Source: Octopus sinensis (taxonomy: Eukaryota). Taken from it: a stretch of DNA of 64,000 nucleotides. The position numbers and the translations under genes were made by a program. The notes beneath the pieces are model-generated. The model was given only the letters and a program-made list of their open reading frames with translations. It was not told the origin of the DNA and ran no database searches. Below are positions 52,954-64,000 of this stretch, piece after piece. The first letter of the stretch is position 1. Every line of letters starts with the position of its first letter. The stretch covers positions 62,001 to 126,000 of the forward strand of contig NC_043022.1 in assembly GCF_006345805.1 (NCBI RefSeq). The letters run 5' to 3'.

Positions 52954-53352
52954 TCTTTATATATAAAACTGAAGTTGTGTGTCTGTCTCCTACGATTTAG
53001 ATTCGTAACTACTCCCACATTTTGCGGTGCAGTTTCACCAAAAGCGGGTATCTTAAAGTCGTGATTCATATCGAGTCCTTCTGGGTATTAGCGCGCGTCT
53101 ACGATGAGTCTACGATTTTAAAAAGATTTAACATCATATTTTTCCATTTTAATGCATTTTTCCCGCTATTATATAAGGGAAGTAAATCTCTAAAAATATC
53201 TACGATGTGTCAACGATTTAAAAAAAAATTTACCTTAATTTTTTTTTCCATTTTTAATGCATTTTTTTGCTATTTTTTGGCTATAACTCTCTAAAAATGC
53301 TTATATAGTTATTTCCCTTACAAACCCGAGCAACGCCGGGCGATACTGCTAG
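52954..53352 (+). mobile_element. Non-autonomous Helitron (family A)
   Basis: A|TCTTTATATATAAAACTGAAG ... gcaacgccgggcgatactgCTAG|T. Confidence 0.85.
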
Positions 53353-53431
53353 TATGTATATAAAGACATACATACATATATATATATATATATAAAGAGA
53401 TACATACACATATATATATATATAAAGACAT

Positions 53432-53492
<61 letters not shown>

Positions 53493-55259
53493 AGTGTGTG
53501 TGTGAAAATAAGATGTGAGATTGCTGGAATTAGGGAAGAAATTGTAAGTATTCAAATAAAACTTGAAATGAAAAGGCCCGAACTAGCAAAGACCACACTT
53601 ATAGTAAACAGGGAAACAAGTCAAGTCGCTAATACCATCAGAAAGTTTGCTAATGGATAGGCAGGAACGTGTAGTTAGGTATTTCGTCTGGTGTATTCAG
53701 TGCAAGCTATGGACATGCAAATGTTTAAGTGAAATCACAGAGCGCTCAACGGAGAACACAGACGTTCTTTGTGGTAGACGCTGAAAAGCAATAAACACTA
53801 AAAGCACACAGAAAATAGAGCATCTTTAGAGGTAGTAGATAACTTAATTAGAAATGGAGGAAGATGTTCTGAAATTATATTTACTATAGTAAAGGCCTGA
53901 CTGGAGAATGTTCTGAGATTCATTACGTCTGTTGGTAACAACACCAAAGTAGAAATATGTTGAGAAAATATTTGAGCGTCGGCGATAGTATGTAGTAAAG
54001 AAACATGCATATTACATCTGATGCTCAAATATTTTTTCAAAACATTTTTACATTATTGATGTTTATGGCCGGATAGCTGAAGAGATGGCCGCGTGGATTT
54101 CCACCTCGGCATAAGGAACTCGGAGTTTTATCAGGGCTATCGAATAGGTGAATAGTGTTGTATAGCAATAAAACCTATAGAGGGGTCATCTAACCAAATT
54201 GACAGTCGTTGAGTGGATAATGCGTTTAAAGATGTGATGGTAGGGAAGGTATCTGGTCATCCCCTTAGTAAATCATCTTCAATAGGAGAGTGTCCTACCC
54301 AAACACTGTAGTAGCAATATCATTTTCAATTGCTATAAAAAAGCAAGCATGACGTATCAGAGGAAGAATGCTAGGTGTATTAAACTGTTGCAGCTGGTTA
54401 TGAATGATACATGATCTAAAGAGTGATAGGAATACTACTATCTCTCATTCTATTCCTCTTTCTCTCCCACTCTTTCTCTCTCTCTCTCTCTCTCTTGGTC
54501 ATGTAATAAATGCCGTCACACCTAGAAGGCTATCCATTTACTATCCAAGAAAAGGAGGTTATTATTCCTCCTTTCTCTCCCAAATAATCGAAGTCTCGGT
54601 CATGTTACTACACTCTGGGTCACAGCGACCAAGAGAAATGTATGTGGGTGTGTAAGAACATATATATATATATTTGTGTGACCAAGTGAATTGTAAATCT
54701 CAAACAAATGCCTGTTTCATTGGCCTCGAAATTGTTGTCAAAACACTTCACATAACACAGTAATATAAAGCTTTTTTTTTAATAGAGGTGTACTTTTAAA
54801 TTTATATAAAATAAAAATGCCTGAATACATACATGCACACATTTTCATATATATCTTTATATACATACATATATACATATAATATATATATATATATAGA
54901 TATATATATATAATATATAACACAGACACAAATTATATATATATATATACAAATATTTTACATATGTTTATATACAATATACACCAATGTAGATATAGAT
55001 GTGTATATCTATATCAATATAATCTATACACCAAACTATGGTTATAGAATAAACAAATGCAAGGTCATCCGCATAACATTCATAATTCGAACATTTAATC
55101 ATAGAATTATACATAAACATCCGCAAGATGGAAATAATTCATCTGTACAAGCATATAATAAAGGGACAATAAAGTCATCACGGTTTAGAGTTAAACTTAG
55201 CGATCAGAAAAAATATAAAAAAAAACATTACAACACCTAGAATAGTAAAATATAATAAA

Positions 55260-55316
55260 CTAATATATAAAAATAGAGGTATATAAAAATATCTAAATAG
55301 ATAATATATATAGATC

Positions 55317-55351
<35 letters not shown>

Positions 55352-55388
55352 GTAATATATAGTATATATATATATATATATATATAAT

Positions 55389-55429
<41 letters not shown>

Positions 55430-55640
55430 GATATATATTATATGTATATATATATATATAGTGTATACTATATATGGTATATATATAATATGTATATATA
55501 TATATATATATTGTATATATATATATATATGTATAATATAATATATATTATATAATATATAGGTATATATATATATAATAGGATATATATATATATATAT
55601 GTATATATAGATGATATATATATATAGAATATATATAATG

Positions 55641-55671
<31 letters not shown>

Positions 55672-55877
55672 ATAGATATAGATATATATGTATATATATA
55701 TATATATAGATATATATGATTATATATATATATATATATATATATGTATTATATATATATAGTATATATAGATATATAGATGTATATATATAGATATATA
55801 ATATATATATAGGTATATAATATATGTATAATATATATATATATATGATATATATATATATATTATATATATATATG

Positions 55878-55910
<33 letters not shown>

Positions 55911-55946
55911 GTATATAATATATATATATGTATCTATATATATATA

Positions 55947-55977
<31 letters not shown>

Positions 55978-56115
55978 GATATATATATAATATATATATA
56001 TGTATATATATATATACAGATATATATATATAATATATATATAGTTATATATATATATATATATATATATTACATATATATATATATATATAATGTATAG
56101 TTATATATATATGTA

Positions 56116-56146
<31 letters not shown>

Positions 56147-56188
56147 ATATATATATATATATATGTATATTATATATATGTATATATA

Positions 56189-56272
<84 letters not shown>

Positions 56273-56372
56273 GTATATATATATGTATATATATATATAT
56301 CTGTTATATATATATATATGTACATATATATATATCTATATGATATATATATGGTATATATGTATATATATC

Positions 56373-56422
<50 letters not shown>

Positions 56423-56475
56423 GTATATATATATTATATATATGTATATATATATATATATGTTATATATATATG

Positions 56476-56535
<60 letters not shown>

Positions 56536-57674
56536 TAGTATATATATATATATGCATATATATATATATATATGTATATAATATATATGTATATATATAT
56601 GTATATATATATATATATATAATATATATAATATATATATATCTATATATATATATATATGTATATATATATTATATATATATATGTATATTATATGTAT
56701 ATATAATATATATATATATGGGGATAGACATGAGTGAAGATGCATCTTTTTCTTCACACATCGCGAAGGTGGCGACAATGTGCAGACGACTCACTGGCTG
56801 GATCCTGAGGACATTCCGGACAAGAGACTGCGAGACCATGTTGACACTATGGAGGACATTTGTCCTAAGCCGCCTGGACTACTGCTCCCAACTGTGGTCA
56901 CCGCATAGTGTCAAACTAACCACAGAGCTTGAGACAATCCAAAGACATTTCACCAAGAGGATTTCCACCATGAAGAAAAGAACTATGGGAGAGGCTTAGG
57001 GAACTCAATTTGTACTCCTTGAACGAAGACGAGAGAGATATGCAGTGATATACATATGGAAAATCCTGGAGGGACTAGCACCAAATTTTGGAATTGAGAG
57101 CTGTTCCAATCCCCGTACAGGACGTCACTGTGTGGTGCCAAAGGTCCCGTCTTCCACATCCAGGGTAAGGAGAGATACTGTAATAGCCTGGGGTTCAGGG
57201 GCCCTCAGCTGTTCAACAAACTGCCAAGGAACTAGAGATCTACATGATGCGGATGTGGACATTTTCAAAAAACATCTAGACAAGCTGCTTCCGGGATCCC
57301 AGATGAACCCACTGCAAGGTACGAAGGTAACCTAAGGGCAGCAGCTACAAACTCTCTCTTAGATCAGTGGCCAGCCACGGCAAACTGGACTTAGAGAGGG
57401 TAGCAACAAGGGCGGTTGCCCAGCATGGCCTCAGCCGAATGGTGAAACAAGTAAAAGAGTAAAAGAGTATAAAGTATATATATATATGGATATATATATA
57501 TATGTATATATATATATGTATATATATATATGTATATATATATCTATGTATATATAGATATGTATATATACATATATATATGTATATATATATATATATA
57601 TATGTATATACATATATATATGTATATATATATATGTATATATATATATGTATATATATATATGTATATATATG

Positions 57675-57743
<69 letters not shown>

Positions 57744-57834
57744 GTATATATGTATATCTATATATGTATATATAGAATATATATGTATATTATATATATG
57801 TATATATATATATGTATATATATATAGTAATATG

Positions 57835-57866
<32 letters not shown>

Positions 57867-58030
57867 GTTATATAGTATATATATGTATATATATATGTAT
57901 AATATATATATATATGTATATATTATATGTTATATATATATGTATATATATATATATATATTATCTATATATATATATATGTCTATATATATATATATGT
58001 ATATAGATATATATATAGGTATATATATAT
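55260..58030. repeat. Very long imperfect (TA)n arrays flanking a LINE fragment
   Basis: Directly visible at 55260-56716 and 57475-58030. Confidence 0.95.
56718..57470 (+). mobile_element. 5'-truncated CR1-like LINE 3' end
   Basis: [49 protein letters not shown]; YSLERRRERYAVIYIWKILEGL; tail gaaacaagtaaaagagtaaaagagta. Confidence 0.85.
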
Positions 58031-58239
58031 TAAGGATTAAATAATACATGTTAGATATATATCGATTCACCACAAAATATTATGTTCTAGTATATAGCAA
58101 TAGTGAAAATATACGATATATTATGTATATATAGCTTTATAATATCTCAGCATTGTATAAATGCAATTGTATATGCAAACACGATATATGTATAGTTTAT
58201 ATATATCTTTCAAATATTATGAGAAAATATGCATAATAA

Positions 58240-59790
58240 TAGCAGCAGTCAATTTATCGGTTAGAGATATATATAAAATATTAATAATAATAGAAATATT
58301 ATTTATCAATTAATAATAGCATATATCCGAAGTAAAATATTTATATATACCAATTAAGGACTGAACACGAAAAGTGGACAGTCAACATGCTAGATATAGA
58401 CGTCAAATCGCCATTCACCACAAAAGATTATGTTCTCAGATCAAACTCAGCCAAACCATAGCAAAAAACAAGTGAAAAATATACGAAATAAAATAATTAC
58501 CCATGTACTAATTAGTTTCAGCTGTTATTTTCCGCAAGGAAAACTGCAGCCATCATCAGCATGGTCCGTTATAAATGCAATTTGCTGGACTAGATGCAAA
58601 CACGATACCGAAATATCGCGTGCATGGAGTTCAGCCTATTACATTTGAATACATCTTTCAAATGCCTTTACTTTGGCGCGATGAGGCCCGAGAAAACTAG
58701 CCTGCAGCTAATAATTAGCAGCAGTCAATTTATCGGTTAGAGAAATATTATTTATATAAAATTAATTAAGGGCAGAAATTGATATTTATCAATTAAGACC
58801 AGTGGTCTAGCATATTAAAAAACAATCCGAGATAAAATATTTATATATACCAATTAAAAGACTGAACACGAAAAGTGGACAGTCAACATGCTAGATATAG
58901 ACGTCAAATCGCCATTCACCACAAAAGATTATGTTCTCAGATCAAACTCAGCACAAAACCATAGCAAAAAACAAGTGAAAAATATACGAAATAAAATAAT
59001 TACCCATGTACTAATTAGTTTCAGCTGTTATTTTCCGCAAGGAAAACTGCAGCCATCATCAGCATGGTCCGTTATAAATGCAATTTGCTGGACTAGATGC
59101 AAACACGATACCGAAATATCGCGTGCATGGAGTTCAGCCTATTACATTTGAATACATCTTTCAAATGCCTTTACTTTGGCGCGATGAGGCCCGAGAAAAC
59201 TAGCCTGCAGCTAATAATTTTTTTAATATGCTAGACCACTGGTCTTAATTGATAAATATCAATTTCTACCCTTAATTAATTTTATATAAATAAATATGTT
59301 CTCTAACCGATAAATTGACTGCTGCTAATTATTAGCTGCAGGCTAGTTTTCTCGGGCCTCATCGCGCCAAAGTAAAGGCATTTGAAAGATGTATTCAAAT
59401 GTAATAGGCTGAACTCCATGCACGCGATATTTCGGTATCGTGTTTGCATCTAGTCCAGCAAATTGCATTTATAACGGACCATGCTGATGATGGCTGCAGT
59501 TTTCCTTGCGGAAAATAACAGCTGAAACTAATTAGTACATGGGTAATTATTTTATTTCGTATATTTTTCACTTGTTTTTTGCTATGGTTTTGTGCTGAGT
59601 TTGATCTGAGAACATAATCTTTTGTGGTGAATGGCGATTTGACGTCTATATCTAGCATGTTGACTGTCCACTTTTCGTGTTCAGTCCTTAATTGGTATAT
59701 ATAAATATTTTAATCTTCGGATTGTTTTTTAATATGCTAGACCACTGGTCTTAATTGATAAATATCAATTTCTACCCTTAATTAATTGTA
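58240..59790. repeat. Unit F: 500 bp tandem repeats plus inverted copies, junction at ~59220
   Basis: Period 500 (the ATG at 58388 and the ORF start at 58888 share the same context); ORF 59395-59658 (-) is identical to 58888-59151 (+). Confidence 0.92.
59479..59542 (+). ncRNA. Type I hammerhead ribozyme F (copies on - strand at 58501-58564 and 59004-59067)
   Basis: CCAUG-CUGAUGA-u GGCUG ca g UUUUCC uugc GGAAAA uaa CAGCU-GAAA-CUA au UAGUA-CAUGG. Palindromic ACUAAUUAGU helix III; GUA triplet. Confidence 0.88.
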
Positions 59791-59826
59791 TATATATATC
59801 TATATATATATATATATATGTATTAA

Positions 59827-59858
<32 letters not shown>

Positions 59859-59928
59859 GTATATAAATATATATATATATATATGTATATATTGTATATA
59901 TATATATATATATATATGTAGATATATG

Positions 59929-60011
<83 letters not shown>

Positions 60012-60057
60012 TATATATATATATGTAATATATATATATATATTATATATAATATAT

Positions 60058-60115
<58 letters not shown>

Positions 60116-60429
60116 ATGTAAAAAATATGTAATATATATCATGTAAATAAAATAAAAGTTCATCGTTTAGAAATCTTATAAAATTACTATTCAAGTAAGA
60201 AAAGCCTTAGAGTTTAAAAAGAGGAAACCATATTTACTTAATCCCTATGGCAATTTCAGGGGTGTATTATTATGTTTAAAGCACTAGGGTGCATCAAGAT
60301 ATTACCTCCTTCGTCAAGGGAAAAAATATAGAGAGACAGACATCATCGCGTACCAGGCTAACACAATATTCGATTTTTTATTACCCACAAGGGGCGAACC
60401 TAGAGGGGACAATACAATTTGATGTGGGT

Positions 60430-61390
60430 CAGACTTTCGAATGGGATTACAAAAAGATGAATTTAAAAATTTACAAAAATACAAAAATATGAAGAAATCG
60501 AATGAAGAACAGACCGGAAGACATTACGGATGGAGTGGGGGCGGGTTTAGCTCGGACCCCACGAGCCCCGCCTCACCACTGATACTTTTGCTTTCGTCTT
60601 GTTTTACACTTATGTGGTATCATCCACTCGCAACTTTCGTACTACATCTTCCATCGTTCTTCATACACTTCCTTAGTCAGGCATTTTCTCTCCAGCCCTA
60701 TCTTCCTTTTCAGGTGAAAGATGAAGTAATTCATCAATCCAGGGCCAGAGATGAACTTGCCCGACCGTAAACCTTTCATCCTAGTCTTCCAAATCACCTT
60801 CTCGCAATTGCAACTACAACGAGAAAACAATTCTTACCTTCTTTCGCGAGGAAATCTGGTGGGTCAATTTTTATAATAGACTCAGTCGACAGCTGTACTC
60901 TTCGTGTGCTTGACAACAGCTGTTCGGCATAAACCCACACCCCTGACACGACCGAACAATGAACAATAGCGTGCGGGTCGGTTTCCCTATCCCGCTCACA
61001 TCTTGGACATATCGGACTGTCTTTACCACCGTGCCTTGCGAGTTTATCCTGAACAGGTAGAGCGCCTCTGTAAAACTGCCATGCCAGAGACTCCTGGAAG
61101 TTATCCAGGGTCTTCGGCCAGAATGTACGTCGGAACAGACTGGCCAGCTGATTATTGTCGAGACCTAGGGCTTCCCCTAAGGTATCTTCACATTCCGCCT
61201 CTACCAACCCTCTATAAAAGAATGTGGTGGAACCCCCACCGCAGGCGTTGCCCGAGCGACGGAATGGCAGGAGAGCCTTGCGACACTCCGTTTACCATGT
61301 GCCCAGTTTTGATCTACGATTCAGCCAGGTTTCCCATCCACCGAAACCAGTGAACCCGGGAAAAATCGGTTTTGCTAGCGGAGACCACAC
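60430..61390 (-). mobile_element. 5'-truncated Tx1-type LINE 3' end (different subfamily from 44421-49948)
   Basis: LDNFQESLAWQFYRGALPV.DKL..CPRCERDRETDPH..VQLSTESI..; VIWKTR.KGL..FISGPGLMNYF.FHLKRKIGLE, parallel to the ORF2 end at 44757. Confidence 0.82.
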
Positions 61391-63206
61391 CCGTTCACCA
61401 TCCAGGTAGAGCCACAGATGTTTGTTTAATTGTATTTATTATAAAGCGTTCGACTGTTACCTCCAAACTCGATGTAACATTGTTATTAGTCTCTCACAGA
61501 CTTACAGACATCCTCTGTATTTCTATATCCCCTTCCACACGACTCCGCCACCACCATTACTATGCTTTGATGTTCCAGCTATCTTCAGTTACACGGTATC
61601 AGCTTCTTAAATTTATTTCTTTATTCGGTCACTAATGTTTGAAAAACTGTGGAAGTAGTGGCTCTGTTGAGTGGTAATATTTATATTTGAATATATGATC
61701 CTATACAATTGCTGTTTACCTCCTGGCAAACGTTTCTACAGAATGTTTTTATGCATTAGAAACTATTCCCTACTTCCTTCCTCACTTTTCCTATCCAGTT
61801 CACAAACTTAGACGAGCAAAAATCAACAGGGGCACAATGAAAATAAGATGTGAGATTGCTGGAATTAGGGAAGAAATTGTAAGTATTCAAATAAAACTTG
61901 AAATGAAAAGGCCCGAACTAGCAAAGACCACACTTATAGTAAACAGGGAAACAAGTCAAGTCGCTAATACCATCAGAAAGTTTGGCTAATGGATAGGCAG
62001 GAACGTGTAGTTAGGTATTTCGTCTGGTGTATTCAGTGCAAGCTATGGACATGCAAATGTTTAAGTGAAATCACAGAGCGCTCAACGGAGAACACAGACG
62101 TTCTTTGTGGTAGACGCTGAAAAGCAATAAACACTAAAAGCACACAGAAAATAGAGCATCTTTAGAGGTAGTAGATAACTTAATTAGAAATGGAGGAAGA
62201 TGTTCTGAAATTATATTTACTATAGTAAAGGCCTGACTGGAGAATGTTCTGAGAGTCATTACGTCTGTTGGTAACAACACCAAAGTAGAAATATGTTGAG
62301 AAAATATTTGAGCGTCGGCGATAGTATGTAGTAAAGAAACATGCATATTACATCTGATGCTCAAATATTTTTTCAAAACATTTTTACATTATTGATGTTT
62401 ATGGCCGGATAGCTGAAGAGATGGCCGCGTGGATTTCCACCTCGGCATAAGGAACTCGTAGTTTTATCAGGGCTACCGAATAGGTGGATAAAGTGTTGTA
62501 TAGCAATAAAACCTATAGAGGGGTCATCTAACCAAATTGACAGCCGTTGAGTGGATAATGCGTTTAAAGATGTGATGGTAGGGAAGGTATCTGGTCATCC
62601 CCTTAGTAAATCATCTTCAATAGGAGAGTGTCCTACCCAAACACTGTAGTAGCAATATCATTTTCAATTGCTATAAAAAAGCAAGCATGACGTATCAGAG
62701 GAAGAATGCTAGGTGTATTAAACTGTTGCAGCTGGTTATGAATGTTACATGATCTAAAGAGTGATAGGAATACTACTATCTCTCTTTCTATTCCTCTTTC
62801 TCTCCCACTATTTCTCTCTCTCTCTCTCTCTTGGTCATGTAATAAATGCCGTCACACCTAGAAGGCTATCCATTTACTATCCAAGAAAAGGAGGTTATTA
62901 TTCCTCCTTTTCTCCCAAATAATCGAAGTCTCGGTCATGTTACTACACTCTGGGTCACAGCGACCAAGAGAAATATGTATGTGGGTGTGTAAGAACATAT
63001 ATATATATATTTGTGTGACCAAGTGAATTGTAAATCTCAAACAAATGCCTGTTTCATTGGCCTCGAAATTGTTGTCAAAACACTTCACATAACACAGTAA
63101 TATAAAGCTTTTTTTTTAATAGAGGTGTACTTTTAAATTTATATAAAATAAAAATACCTGAATACAACATGCACACATTTTCATATATATATATCTTTAT
63201 ATACAT

Positions 63207-63261
<55 letters not shown>

Positions 63262-63665
63262 TTATATATATATATATATATATACACAAATATATTATAC
63301 ATATGTTTATATACACCTATACACCAATGTAGATATAGTTGTGTATATATCTATATCAATATATATCTATACATCAAACTATGGTTATAGAATAAACAAA
63401 TGCAAGGTCATCCGCATAACAGTTCATAATTCGAACATTTAATCATAGAATATACATATAAACATCCCGCAAGATGGAACATAATTCATCTGTATAAGCA
63501 TATAATAAAGTGCGACAATAAAGTTCATCACGGTTTAGAGTTAATACTTTAGCGATTCAGAAAAATATATTTTTTAAAAAACATTACAACACCTAGAAAA
63601 ATAAAAATATGATATAAAGTAATATAAAAAATATATAGGTATATAAAAATATATAAATATATATA

Positions 63666-63696
<31 letters not shown>

Positions 63697-64000
63697 GGAA
63701 GCATGTAAAAAATATGTAATATATATCATGTAAATAAAATAAAAGTTCATCGTTTAGAATTCTTATAAAATTACTATTCAAGTAAGAAAAGCCTTAGAGT
63801 TTAAAAAGAGGAAACCATATTTACTTAATACCTTATGGCCATTTCAGGGGTGTATTATTATGTTTAAAGCACTAGGGTGCAACAAGATAATACCTCCTAC
63901 GTCAGGGAAAAAAATATAGAGAGAGACAGACATCATCGCGTACCAGGCTAACACAATATTCGATTTTTTATTACCCTCAAGGGGCGAATCAGCGCATGTC

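Larger units (their letters stand above)
53503..63987 (+). repeat. Direct segmental duplication: 53503-55260 = 61838-63600 and 60112-60398 = 63700-63987
   Basis: Near-identical sequence (e.g. ORFs 53798-54040 and 62134-62376 differ by one residue); offsets 8335 and ~3590. Confidence 0.9.

Noticed and set aside
58030-58330. A distinct diverged third copy of unit F
   Set aside because: Differences are mostly AT infill and dropouts next to a long TA array, more like noisy consensus than real divergence; its HHR is unreadable.

Overview
Eukaryotic, AT-rich DNA saturated with microsatellites, with one 100-N scaffold gap (88-187). The tRNA-derived SINEs resemble octopus SINE families I recognise from memory, so a cephalopod (Octopus) source is inferred, not verified. 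No host protein-coding gene, rRNA, true tRNA or CRISPR array is supported. Nearly all non-microsatellite sequence is transposon-derived: R4/Dong-like REL LINE relics, RTE and CR1-like 3' ends, Tx1/L1-clade elements, a near-complete Neptune-type Penelope-like element (PLE), Tc1, piggyBac and Helitron relics, a Gypsy relic and several SINE families. There is also an ~8.3 kb-period direct duplication at the right end. Most notable: (1) eight unrelated families of type I hammerhead ribozyme (HHR) motifs. Seven sit in fold-back units that all share the same polarity, and two of those are ~500-550 bp tandem units resembling retrozymes or PLE pseudo-LTRs. (2) A 2.0 kb TSD-flanked ORF1-only (HAL1-like) Tx1-type element inserted in a SINE tRNA head. 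(3) A 5.5 kb Tx1-type LINE nested between 140 bp inverted repeats, with ORF2 bracketed by an 18 bp inverted repeat. (4) A SINE and a CR1-like LINE that share the same 3' tail. All alignments, folds and identities were done by eye; coordinates of decayed relics are approximate.
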